Source: Candidatus Campbellbacteria bacterium
GTDB lineage: Bacteria > Patescibacteriota > Minisyncoccia > Phycocordibacterales > EsbW-18
Length of the DNA stretch: 64,000 nt
NCBI GenBank assembly: GCA_024653945.1
Contig: JANLIT010000003.1
Location: 162,936 to 226,935 of the forward strand
Direction of reading: 5' to 3'
The translations under genes and the position numbers were made by a program. This document shows, piece after piece, positions 25,100 to 36,167 of this stretch. Every line of letters begins with the position of its first letter. The first letter of the stretch is position 1. The notes beneath the pieces are model-generated. The model was given only the letters and a program-made list of their open reading frames with translations, was not told the DNA's origin and searched no databases.

Positions 25100-26017
25100 T
25101 TATATGTAATCAAACTCTCGAAACACCGTCCGAAAGAGATCGATAACACGTTTTACTTCTCGATGTGTGAGGATGAAGTCAGATCCTTGGTGTGCAATTC
25201 GATTACGGATTTTGTGTGCCTCCCACGCTTCATCAAGTGTTGTGAAGTCACTTTTTTCTATTGCTTTGAGCCGGTCCCCGAGCGTTTGTCCATCATATCC
25301 CATACTGATGAGTAGCTCTTCAAGAAGAACATCTGCTTCAATAATAGCAATACGCCAATCTCCAGGATTTTCCGACGCAGTAAGTTTTTCTACCTGCTCC
25401 CAACGTTCATTGTGTGAAGTAATGTCTTCCCCTACGAGTTTCTTTTCAAGCGCCCGCATATCTTCTTTGTGTTTTTTTATAATGTGCTGCCACTTCCTCC
25501 ACGAATACAGCGCTAGAAGTAAACCTAGAAGCGTAACACTGCCTGAAACCCACAAAAATATAGAACGAACACTCCCCATCCATCCTGAAACTTGTTTTTC
25601 TAGACTACGGGCGTACACCCACCCATCAGGATTTGATTCAAAATCAACATTAAAAAGAACATCACTTCCATACAGCACTGGCTTTGAAATAAGCACTCCA
25701 ACAGCACCTTTTTCGTGAATACCGAGAATGCGGTCGAGTATTGAGGACGCCCACACATCAACTCCCTCTTTTGTGTTTACACGTACACCTTCAGGGGTGT
25801 ACTCATCTACTTTTGACGAAAAAGTAAAAAGTACACTGCGCACCCAGGTATCGGGCTTAAATTGGCCACCACCCGCAAACCGATTTTGTAAAACACCTAA
25901 AAAGAACATGACACAAAACAATGCAACAAGAATGCCAACAATGGTGTTTGTAGCATTTGGCGCCGGTGGTGGCGCGCTTGGTTTTTTTCCTCCTTTGTCT
26001 TTTGGTTTGTCGGCCAT
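25100..26017 (-). CDS. Membrane protein with a C-terminal HEPN-like (RxxxxH) helical domain
   Basis: Two TM segments; 'AIIEAD..L...L...GY.G.TLGDRLK....AWEAHKIRNRIAH'. Confidence 0.7.
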   Translation of the reverse strand: MADKPKDKGGKKPSAPPPAPNATNTIVGILVALFCVMFFLGVLQNRFAGGGQFKPDTWVRSVLFTFSSKVDEYTPEGVRVNTKEGVDVWASSILDRILGIHEKGAVGVLISKPVLYGSDVLFNVDFESNPDGWVYARSLEKQVSGWMGSVRSIFLWVSGSVTLLGLLLALYSWRKWQHIIKKHKEDMRALEKKLVGEDITSHNERWEQVEKLTASENPGDWRIAIIEADVLLEELLISMGYDGQTLGDRLKAIEKSDFTTLDEAWEAHKIRNRIAHQGSDFILTHREVKRVIDLFRTVFREFDYI

Positions 26018-26077
26018 ATGTGGTAAATAGTATGTGGTAGCTGGTATGTAGGATGTGATATGTAGTATGTAGAGATG

Positions 26078-27505
26078 CTATTTCTCGCCTAAAAACTTTT
26101 TACCAACCGAAAATAAACGTGATTCACCCATATGCGGAGCAATAATCTGAAGTCCGAGCGGAAGTTCAACACCGTCTTCCAGAACTTTTCCTGATGGCAC
26201 TGACATCGCGGGCATACCTGTGTGATTTGATGAAACAGTGAAGATATCCTCAAGATACATCGCAACTGGATCATTCACCTTGCTTCCGATTTTGAACGCC
26301 GGACCAGCTGTTGTTGGTGTCACAATGACATCACACTTCGTGAATGCGTTCACAAAGTCTTGTGTAATACCGCGTCGCACAGCATTCGCCTTGTTATAGT
26401 ATGCATCGTAATAGCCAGAGGACAACACATAGGTGCCAATCATAATGCGTCTTCGTGGTTCAGGACCAAATCCTGCACCGCGTGTTTTGAAGTAATCCGC
26501 AATCAAATCATCACCATCGGTGTGCAAACCATATTTTACACCGTCAAAACGCGCGAGGTTTGAAGATGCCTCAGCGGGCAAAATAACGTAATACGTCGGC
26601 ACAGAATATTTTACAAGTGGAAGCTCAATATCAACAAGTTCGTATCCGAGGTCTTTCAGTTTTTTAAGTGCGGCATCGAAATTCGCTCGTACATCATCGC
26701 GAAGTTTGTTCTCATCTAAGAATGTGCGCGGTACACCTATTTTTTTCACTTCCGTTGGAACACTTGGATAATCAGAGGCATCAACTGTTGTTGCATCCAT
26801 GGTGTCTTTACCAGAAATTGTTTCAAACACAGCTTCAACGTCGCCAACCGTTTTTCCAAATGGACCAATCACATCAAGTGATGAACCGAGAGCAATCAAA
26901 CCGTGACGCGATACACTTCCATACGTCGGTTTTAGACCAACAAGACCACACAATGCCGCTGGCTGTCGAATAGAACCTCCTGTATCAGAACCAAGAGACA
27001 CAAGTGCACCACCCATCACCACAGCAGCTGCAGAACCTCCTGATGAGCCTCCGGGAACGCGTGATGTATCAAGTGGATTTTTTGTCGGACCATATGCAGA
27101 CTGCTCGGTTGAACTTCCCATCGCAAATTCATCCATGTTTGCTCGTCCAACAATTACGGCTCCTGCAGTTTTTAATTTTGCAACAGCGGTTGCATCATAC
27201 GACGCAATATATCCTTCTAAAATCTTTGAACCGGCAGTTGCTGTTTTTCCTACCATACACATGTTGTCTTTCAAAACAATTGGAATTCCTGTGAGTGCCG
27301 TTGCTTTCCCTTCCACAATCAGTGCATCTGCTTTTTTTGCCTGCTCTCGTGCATCAGTAAATACTTCAAGAAATGCGTGAATTTCTCCATCTTTTGCTTT
27401 GATGTTGGCGAGACACGCGTCCAGAAGTTCCACCGCAGTGAATTCTTTTGCATTCAATTTCTTTCGTACCTCCACAATTGATAATTTCGTCACATCTATC
27501 GTCAT
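26078..27505 (-). CDS. gatA: Asp/Glu-tRNA amidotransferase subunit A
   Basis: NMDEFAMGSS, PGGSSGGSAA, GSDTGGSIRQPA, SSNLARFDGVKYG, RRIMIGTYVLS. Confidence 0.98.
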   Translation of the reverse strand: MTIDVTKLSIVEVRKKLNAKEFTAVELLDACLANIKAKDGEIHAFLEVFTDAREQAKKADALIVEGKATALTGIPIVLKDNMCMVGKTATAGSKILEGYIASYDATAVAKLKTAGAVIVGRANMDEFAMGSSTEQSAYGPTKNPLDTSRVPGGSSGGSAAAVVMGGALVSLGSDTGGSIRQPAALCGLVGLKPTYGSVSRHGLIALGSSLDVIGPFGKTVGDVEAVFETISGKDTMDATTVDASDYPSVPTEVKKIGVPRTFLDENKLRDDVRANFDAALKKLKDLGYELVDIELPLVKYSVPTYYVILPAEASSNLARFDGVKYGLHTDGDDLIADYFKTRGAGFGPEPRRRIMIGTYVLSSGYYDAYYNKANAVRRGITQDFVNAFTKCDVIVTPTTAGPAFKIGSKVNDPVAMYLEDIFTVSSNHTGMPAMSVPSGKVLEDGVELPLGLQIIAPHMGESRLFSVGKKFLGEK

Positions 27506-27789
27506 AGAATATTTTTTACCTTCACAAAGTTGCCTTCGCGAGTAGGCGCATTATTCAAAAGTGCTTCAGTGTATACCCCACTTTCGTGCGGATGTGCGTC
27601 TTCACGAAGCACATTATGTGGCACACCGACCGATGTGTGGTCATCCAAGTTCACCTTGGCGCCCTTGAGCTCGTCCACAAACGCAATAATGGCGTCCATG
27701 TCTTTTGCCAAGGATTCTTTTTCACCTTCAGGAAGCTCTATACGGGCAAGTTGTGCAAGTTTTTCAATATCTGCTTTAGAAATACTCAT
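27502..27789 (-). CDS. gatC: Asp/Glu-tRNA amidotransferase subunit C
   Basis: 'IEKLAQLARIEL', 'NVLRED', 'LLNNAP..EGNFVKV'; overlaps the gatA start. Confidence 0.93.
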   Translation of the reverse strand: MSISKADIEKLAQLARIELPEGEKESLAKDMDAIIAFVDELKGAKVNLDDHTSVGVPHNVLREDAHPHESGVYTEALLNNAPTREGNFVKVKNIL

Positions 27790-27915
27790 GTCTGTATTGT
27801 ACCAAATATGTGAAAACCCCGCCCTGCGCGAACGCAAAGGCGGGGTGAACTTGAGAACTACACGGTCATCTTAGGCGACCTTGCGAACGACCAGGACTTA
27901 GTTGTTGAGTTGCTA

Positions 27916-28506
27916 CTACCTGCGGAGACCGGCGGGCTCGCGGTAATTCCACCTGTCATTGAGCCAGCGCCAGGACACGCTCGGCTGTTTGACACCGCAG
28001 TCCATGTATGGGACATGGAGCTCGTCTTCGTCGTCGCGGACGACCGAGGCCCAGCCATAGACCACCTTTCCGCGCCAATCGGCGGGGATGCAGTTGGGAT
28101 TCGCCTCATACCACTTCAGGTCACCGAACGACAGCGATCGCCCGAGAAGATCCACCGCCCTGAGACCGGCGTACACCTCGTGACCAGTCGGCCTGTTGCT
28201 GGTCGGCTGCCGCAGGTCGAGCCAGATACCGGTCTCGCCGGGATCGCGAAGCGTTGGCGCCTCGAGCCCCGGCGTGAGGTGCTTGCGCACCCAGTTGGGG
28301 TACTCGAGCACCGACCTCTTCACCACCTCGACGATGCGGATTGTCTTCCCCTGCCTGATTGCCTCGAGGGCAATCGGAATGACGGCATCAGGACCCTGGA
28401 GACCTCTCTCCTGAAAAACCTTGGCCGTAATTCCTACAGCACGTGCCTGTCGTGCAACCTCTCGTCCTTGTCCGTCTGTTGCGAGCGCACCCTGCTGTCT
28501 TGGCAT
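27916..28506 (-). CDS. GC-rich orphan protein (foreign-looking cassette)
   Basis: 196-aa ORF with an AAGGAG Shine-Dalgarno and its own promoter; Trp-rich C-terminus. Confidence 0.75.
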   Translation of the reverse strand: MPRQQGALATDGQGREVARQARAVGITAKVFQERGLQGPDAVIPIALEAIRQGKTIRIVEVVKRSVLEYPNWVRKHLTPGLEAPTLRDPGETGIWLDLRQPTSNRPTGHEVYAGLRAVDLLGRSLSFGDLKWYEANPNCIPADWRGKVVYGWASVVRDDEDELHVPYMDCGVKQPSVSWRWLNDRWNYREPAGLRR

Positions 28507-28602
28507 AGGAAGCTCCTTTCGTGTGTGGTCACCACAAGCATCAGCCCGAATGGCCGTGCGCCGTGGTATCCGGTTGGTCCTACCTTAAGAGCATTCGATA
28601 GA

Positions 28603-28686
28603 ACAATACGCCCCTTGGAGTTTCTGTCAATATTTGGGAATATTTTTTTAATTGGGATTTGAAGATTATTTGTACCATGACATACT
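28603..28686. promoter_or_regulatory. Back-to-back promoters of the orphan cassette
   Basis: Minus strand TTGACA(28630-28625)-16-TATTGT(28608-28603); plus strand TTGAAG(28659)-16-CATACT(28681). Confidence 0.6.
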
Positions 28687-28717
28687 ATAGTTAGATTTGT
28701 TTGGAAAGGAGATGTAT

Positions 28718-28897
28718 ATGTGTCGACACAAGACACGCAAACCAGCTACCAAAGGAAGGCGCAAACTGACACCCCTCAAGCCTGTGAGGATCAAATTCGA
28801 AGACTGGCCGGAATACGAGAAAAAGGCACTTGAAGAAATCGACCGTTCGGAGAGACGTCCTCAGGGCCCGAGAGGCAACCCCATCATCAACGTCTGA
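28718..28897 (+). CDS. Small basic hypothetical protein (59 aa)
   Basis: AAGGAG 6 nt before ATG, promoter upstream, hairpin terminator at about 28908-28930. Confidence 0.5.
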   Translation: MCRHKTRKPATKGRRKLTPLKPVRIKFEDWPEYEKKALEEIDRSERRPQGPRGNPIINV

Positions 28898-28929
28898 CTT
28901 CTTTTTTCCTCCCCTTGTGGGAGGATTTT

Positions 28930-30996
<2,067 letters not shown>

Positions 30997-31009
30997 TTAC
31001 GGAAGAGTT

Positions 31010-32281
31010 TTAATACGTCGCGTGAAGTGCGCGTTCAAGACGACGATTACTATTTGGTACACACGTGTTATATCCACGAGAATTGATTTCCGTGCTGGAA
31101 TTATCTACCGCAATAGCTCTTTTCGTTACCTCAACAAGAGCACAAGTGCCATCATCAAACGATATATCAAAAAATGTTATTGATTCATCAAGAGGCTCCT
31201 CGCCGAGAATAATCTTCCAATTCCCATCTCCGCCCGCTGGCACCCAACCTGTTGTTCCATCTTCTCTAATAGTTGTCTCATTAATGATTGTGCCTGCACA
31301 CGTCAGTGGAATGCCATCGTCTTCTATAGAAGCAACTGGAGGCACAAACATATTGTTTGAGGTCCCTGAAAACAGTGCCGTAATCTCGTCTGAAGAAAGT
31401 TCCCGATTGTACACACGCACATCATCAAGTTCTCCGTTAAAGTATGCATCTCCTTCAACAAAAGGCAGCCCAAGGGTAAGTTGTGGTGCGGGTAAGCTTA
31501 CAAAATTTGCTGGTGTGGTTCCAAGTGATTCATTGTTTACATATACCGCAAGACTTGTTCCGTCATACGTCACAACAACATGATTCCACCCAAGTCCAAG
31601 GGGCTTCGTCGCTATTGGTGTTTCTTCCCACCCACTCACCTGCAATATCCCGTCGGTATCAATAAGCCACTGGTGACCTTTGCCAGTATCACCAAGAAGA
31701 AGCACCCACTCATTTTGACCTTTGACCATAGGTAATCCGTTCACTTTTACCCGCGCACTAATAGTGTGTTCATTATCAGTTCCAAGAGAGAGTTTGTTAT
31801 TAGTATTAAAAAAATCATCCACACCATCAAATGGGAGTGCGAGGCCAATTTGCCCATCCGTTCTTGTTATTTTGTCGTTAAGAGTACCATCATTCCCTTG
31901 TCCGCTACTATCAAATGCCTTGTCAAGATTTGAATCCACCACTTCCTCAAACCGCCAATAGCCGACGAGTCCACTGGCAAGCGAGTCACCATAAAATCCG
32001 AATGCTGGCGCACCACTACCGTCGTGCACATAATCCCAGTAGAGGGCACATTCAAGAGCTGAATCTGCGGCATAAAAAGCACCCTCTGATTCACGAACGC
32101 CTGAAGTTAAAATAAACTCTTTGTACGTAATATTAAAAATAGCAAGCCCAATGGAAAGCAGGAGCGACGAAATAAGCATTGCGTAGAAAAGAGTGAACCC
32201 GCGTGAATAGTAGGAAGTAGTAGGTAGTACGAAGTATGGGAACTTCTTTTTTTGTATTGTGTTGTTGTTTGTATTTTTCAT
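31010..32281 (-). CDS. PilX-like minor pilin with an inserted LamG (concanavalin-like) domain
   Basis: G|FTLFYAML (no Glu5), 'AFYAADSALECALYWD', LamG motifs 'GLVGYWRFE', 'WNHVVVTYDG', 'FNGELDDVRVYNRELS'. Confidence 0.85.
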   Translation of the reverse strand: MKNTNNNTIQKKKFPYFVLPTTSYYSRGFTLFYAMLISSLLLSIGLAIFNITYKEFILTSGVRESEGAFYAADSALECALYWDYVHDGSGAPAFGFYGDSLASGLVGYWRFEEVVDSNLDKAFDSSGQGNDGTLNDKITRTDGQIGLALPFDGVDDFFNTNNKLSLGTDNEHTISARVKVNGLPMVKGQNEWVLLLGDTGKGHQWLIDTDGILQVSGWEETPIATKPLGLGWNHVVVTYDGTSLAVYVNNESLGTTPANFVSLPAPQLTLGLPFVEGDAYFNGELDDVRVYNRELSSDEITALFSGTSNNMFVPPVASIEDDGIPLTCAGTIINETTIREDGTTGWVPAGGDGNWKIILGEEPLDESITFFDISFDDGTCALVEVTKRAIAVDNSSTEINSRGYNTCVPNSNRRLERALHATY

Positions 32282-32342
32282 TTTTCTTTTTTGCCTTCTA
32301 CTTACTACATCCTACTTACTACTTACTTCTTACTTCTCCCCC

Positions 32343-32963
32343 CTACTGCCAATTAAATAACTCCTCGTGCAGTACAAAAGACCTATTCACCAACACATCA
32401 TTCCACGACACGGTAATGGTTGCTGAAATTTCCCTATCGCGGTCTTCTCCATATGACAGCGAAACTGTTCGTGTAAATTTGGTATCTACCCAACCATTCT
32501 CATATCCATACTTACCCGTGGCGTCGTCAAACTGTAGAGCGGGACAGACGGTCTCATTTACACCTTCACATTTCGTAATTGTATTTTGAGGAATATCTAC
32601 TGTGCACGAACTAGGACTAAAACAACCCTCAGGAAAAACAGAAAGCCAATCACCTGTACCGGTAATTGCACCACTGTCGCGTTTAAATCGTAAAAATTCA
32701 ACCCCCTCTTGTGCAAGATAATTCGCCACTATCTGGTCACGCGCAATACGTGCCGCTCGGAGACCTTGTGCCGCAAGAGACAGCGGAGCAACCACAGAGA
32801 CAATGAGCACCGCGATGGCAACAATAGTTTCAACGAAGGTGAACCCAGTATTCATGTAGCATGTAGCATGTAGCATGTAGCAATTTGATTCTTGTATTTT
32901 GTTATTTGTTTTGTGCTTCATGGTACATGTTGTGTGTTTCATGGTACATGTTTCGTGTTTCAT
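32343..32963 (-). CDS. Type IV minor pilin (PilV-like); start uncertain
   Basis: G|FTFVE N-methylation motif, 'ANYLAQEGVE'. Confidence 0.88.
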   Translation of the reverse strand: MKHETCTMKHTTCTMKHKTNNKIQESNCYMLHATCYMNTGFTFVETIVAIAVLIVSVVAPLSLAAQGLRAARIARDQIVANYLAQEGVEFLRFKRDSGAITGTGDWLSVFPEGCFSPSSCTVDIPQNTITKCEGVNETVCPALQFDDATGKYGYENGWVDTKFTRTVSLSYGEDRDREISATITVSWNDVLVNRSFVLHEELFNWQ

Positions 32964-32971
32964 TCAAATTC

Positions 32972-33595
32972 CTATCTCTCCAAAAATCTCTGTGTTATGA
33001 GTGTCTGTAAATTGAAGGCTACCTCTGTTCTGGGTGTTTTTCCTGCAGTTCCACGCATAATAATAAGCACTCGTGGCTGTCCACCATCATTCTCAAGATA
33101 AAATTTGAGCGTAGTAACATTAACGTCTGGAGAAGTCACGGGAAGAAAACCCCCACCTTCTCGGTCGCGCATAATTTGTCCTCTACCCTCTACTGTTGTT
33201 GCTAATTTATACGTCACTGGTACGACGGGCGCGCTGTCGGTATCGTTGAAAGAAAATATTTCAGAGCCACTCGCACAGTCTGCAAGCGCATCACCTGGTG
33301 TTGCTGAACATGAATAACCTCCTCCCACACGAATGGCGCGCGTCATGGCATCAAGTGAAAAATTGAGATTGTTCATGACCGTTTTTGTTGCCTGCGCCTT
33401 TCTGTTTGCATCAAGCATGCTTATTACTGCAGTTGCAGCAACAATCATCACAATAGAAAAGATAAAAAGCGCAACAATCATTTCTACGAGCGTGAAACCA
33501 GCATTCATGTGGCGTGTAGCATGTAGCATGTAGCAATTTGATTCTTGTTTTTTGTTATTTGTTTTGTGTTTCATGTTACATGTTGTGTGTTTCAT
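32972..33595 (-). CDS. Type IV minor pilin (PilW-like); start uncertain
   Basis: G|FTLVE motif followed by a hydrophobic helix. Confidence 0.88.
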   Translation of the reverse strand: MKHTTCNMKHKTNNKKQESNCYMLHATRHMNAGFTLVEMIVALFIFSIVMIVAATAVISMLDANRKAQATKTVMNNLNFSLDAMTRAIRVGGGYSCSATPGDALADCASGSEIFSFNDTDSAPVVPVTYKLATTVEGRGQIMRDREGGGFLPVTSPDVNVTTLKFYLENDGGQPRVLIIMRGTAGKTPRTEVAFNLQTLITQRFLER

Positions 33596-34279
33596 TTAAA
33601 TCCCCACCTCTTCTACCCCCGCTGGTGCTTCTTCCAATCGAGAAACTGAAATTTGTCCTGTTGATTCCACAACAACAAGCCGACTTCCTCCGCGTGGAGT
33701 AACTAATTCAATACCGACAGCACCAAGCGCTCTTGTTACACCACCTGAGACTGTGTTTATAATTGCATCTGGATTAGGGCGTTCAAATATAATATTCGCA
33801 TTTTCTAGCTCGCTGTCGCATGTTTTCGCGGTTGAAAAATCACATAAACGCGCCACGGTGAAACCACGTCCTAGCGTAAATGTTTCAAGGGTTTCTTCTG
33901 GGCTACTACTATATGCGTAATTACCGTCAAGATCGAGAAAGAGTTTGTATGTTGTGGCATCCGTGCCTGCTTCAAAATACACACCATATGCATTATCAAA
34001 ATTAGTACCCTGTCCCAGCACATGAATACCGTAATTTTGCGCCTGTCTAATAGAGAGCGCCACATCATATGCCACATCTGCAAGAAGCACCTCGTTATCA
34101 AACTGACTATTGCGCACAAGAACCACGGTGGAAATGAGGGCAAAAATACTCACCGTTACAATGAGTTCCATGAGGGTGAACCCGGCATTCATGTAGCGCG
34201 TAGCATGTAGCATGTAGCAATTTGGTTCTTGTATTTTGTTATTTGTTTTGTGTTTCATGTTACATGTTTTGTGGTACAT
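33596..34279 (-). CDS. Type IV minor pilin (FimT/GspH-like); start uncertain
   Basis: G|FTLME motif, 'IRQAQ', 'YGVYF', C-terminal 'V.STGQI'. Confidence 0.88.
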   Translation of the reverse strand: MYHKTCNMKHKTNNKIQEPNCYMLHATRYMNAGFTLMELIVTVSIFALISTVVLVRNSQFDNEVLLADVAYDVALSIRQAQNYGIHVLGQGTNFDNAYGVYFEAGTDATTYKLFLDLDGNYAYSSSPEETLETFTLGRGFTVARLCDFSTAKTCDSELENANIIFERPNPDAIINTVSGGVTRALGAVGIELVTPRGGSRLVVVESTGQISVSRLEEAPAGVEEVGI

Positions 34280-34287
34280 GTTTCGTG

Positions 34288-35103
34288 CTACCCCATTAAA
34301 TACGCCACAAGATTTATGTTGAAGAAAAAGACAATTGCAAAACCAAGAATAAGAAAGGGGGCAAACGGAACTTCACTCTTCATTGTAAAGCGTCCGTGCA
34401 CTTCAGACAATGCACAAGCATGTGCATATTGAGCATAATCAACACACACAAGAACAATGCTCACCACGGCGCCAATCCAAAATGCAAAAAAGAGCGCCGA
34501 GAGTCCGCCTGTAATTCCGAGGACCCACCCAATACCGAGTGCAAGTTTTGCATCACCAAATCCCATCCATCGCCCGCCAGATACCAACCACAAAAACGCA
34601 AAGGGCAGAGCAATGAGTGGGCCGGCAAGTAAAATATTCAGAGACGGCGAAGCAAAACTTTCTCCGGTATGCGCGGGAAGAAAAAGCGCAATAAACGAAA
34701 AAGCGATAAATGCATATACAAACGCATCTGGAATTATTTTGTGTCGCATATCGTATACAAGTATCACAACAAGCAATGCCCAGATGACGAGTGAGAAAAC
34801 GAAAGTTGTTAGATTTTCAATACCGAAACGGTAATAATTTAAAACAAACAAAATAGCTGTGAGGAGTTCAACGAGAGGATATTGCCATGAAATTGATGAG
34901 CCACACGTACGACACTTCCCTTTTTGTATGAGAAAGCTCCCGATAGGAAGTAATTCAAACCAACGCAGTTGTGCTCCACACTGTGCACATCCTGAACGAC
35001 CAGCAATAGTTCGTCCTGTGTTATAGCGAAGAATGACGACATTGAGAAAACTCCCCACAATTGCACCGAGACAAAAGATGAAGAAGAACGAGAGAAATGT
35101 CAT
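34288..35103 (-). CDS. pilD: Prepilin peptidase
   Basis: GSFLNVVILR, CxxC..CxxC, 'YD..HKIIP', 'MGFGDAKL', 'PFAPFL'. Confidence 0.95.
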   Translation of the reverse strand: MTFLSFFFIFCLGAIVGSFLNVVILRYNTGRTIAGRSGCAQCGAQLRWFELLPIGSFLIQKGKCRTCGSSISWQYPLVELLTAILFVLNYYRFGIENLTTFVFSLVIWALLVVILVYDMRHKIIPDAFVYAFIAFSFIALFLPAHTGESFASPSLNILLAGPLIALPFAFLWLVSGGRWMGFGDAKLALGIGWVLGITGGLSALFFAFWIGAVVSIVLVCVDYAQYAHACALSEVHGRFTMKSEVPFAPFLILGFAIVFFFNINLVAYLMG

Positions 35104-35200
35104 GCCCTTAAGTATAGCATTTAAGGGGTTTAACCCCTCAGCCCCTGAGGGGTTAAACCCCTGACACCGGAGGAGTTCAACTCCTATAAATTCCACATAA

Positions 35201-35227
35201 CAAAAACCCGCCAGAAGCGGGTTTTTG
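35201..35227 (-). terminator. Terminator after the major pilin gene
   Basis: CAAAAACCCGC-CAGAA-GCGGGTTTTTG. Confidence 0.75.
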
Positions 35228-35251
35228 TTTGCAATAGAGTTTCTAGAGAAC

Positions 35252-35782
35252 TTAAGGTGTTACGTCGTAACAGAGATCTGTTGCACCTGTTGCAGTAGCA
35301 TCAGAGGCACAGCCCGCAGCAATACTAACTCCGTCAAAAGCTGCAACTGCGACACAAGCGTCTGCACGAGCTTCGTTAGCTATACTCAATTCAAGATCGG
35401 AGTCACTAGACAAAACTTGGTGACCAGTTTGCTCCAAAACAGTACCTATGTGGTAACTCGTACAAGAAGCGTCGAGACCAGTGTACTGATATACACCTCC
35501 TAGTGGGTCAGCCGGCATTGCTGACAAATAATCACCGAATGCTACACCAGTAGGACAACCATTGTTTGCCGTTGCAAGGAGTGCGTCTGGATACTGACCA
35601 CAAGAATCAAAGTACAATTCAAGGGCTAACTGAACGTTCTTGACGTCAGAAACACGCTTTGCGTCTCGACTTTTTTCACGTGCGCTGTTAAGAGATGCCA
35701 AAACAACTGATGAGAGGATGCCGATGATTGCAATCACGACAAGCAACTCGATAAGGGTAAAACCTCGTGTGAATTTCTTCAT
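35252..35782 (-). CDS. pilA: Probable major type IV pilin
   Basis: MKKFTRG|FTLIELLVVIAIIGILSSVVLASL..AREKSRDAKR; own terminator. Confidence 0.88.
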   Translation of the reverse strand: MKKFTRGFTLIELLVVIAIIGILSSVVLASLNSAREKSRDAKRVSDVKNVQLALELYFDSCGQYPDALLATANNGCPTGVAFGDYLSAMPADPLGGVYQYTGLDASCTSYHIGTVLEQTGHQVLSSDSDLELSIANEARADACVAVAAFDGVSIAAGCASDATATGATDLCYDVTP

Positions 35783-35934
35783 AATTTTTTTGCGAACTAA
35801 TAAATCGCTTACGTTAATAAAGCCCTTTTATTATAGGCGCTATTAGGAAAAGCGGAAAGAGCCCTGTGTATAACTCTTCACTTGCCTTTATTTTCAAGGG
35901 CACGCGTCCATTTCTCCTGAAATAGCGCTCGCAT

Positions 35935-36049
35935 TCCCGATTTGTCCCTGTCAACAGGGCTACAAATCGCAATCTTTTAGGGCTCGGCCTCTTCGGCCTC
36001 CCGATTTGTCCCTGTCAACAGGGCTACAAATCGCAATCCTTTAGGGCTC
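35935..36049. repeat. Two 51-bp direct repeats (period 64), each a hairpin
   Basis: 35935-35985 and 35999-36049 differ at one base; CGATTTGT-CCCTG-TCAA-CAGGG-CT-ACAAATCG. Confidence 0.9.
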
Positions 36050-36167
36050 CGAGAGTTTCTCGTACGCCAGGACTCACTCCGTACCCCGAACTTTTGCTCT
36101 GCAAAAGTTCGGTTTTTGTTATTTACTATTGGTTATTTGCTATTGGTTATTTGCTATTTCCCCACCC

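Noticed and set aside
27858-28662. Alternative ORFs 27910-28662 (+) and 27858-28109 (-)
   Set aside because: GC-rich shadow frames; only 27916-28506 has a matching Shine-Dalgarno and promoter.
32343-34287. Shufflon or DGR explanation for the pilin repeats
   Set aside because: No recombinase or reverse transcriptase in the window; the repeats are N-terminal, in direct orientation, and their differences are not adenine-specific.
35104-35196. N-terminal extension of pilD in the ORF track (likewise 41982-42167 for pilN)
   Set aside because: The extensions run through palindromes or heptamer arrays; downstream ATGs fit the family N-termini better, and for pilD also the -10 spacing.
35820-35900. 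Possible c-di-GMP riboswitch in the pilA leader
   Set aside because: Only fragmentary resemblance; the conserved class I and class II cores could not be matched by eye.
35935-36049. Possible mini CRISPR array
   Set aside because: Only two 51-bp units with a 13-bp spacer and no cas genes.
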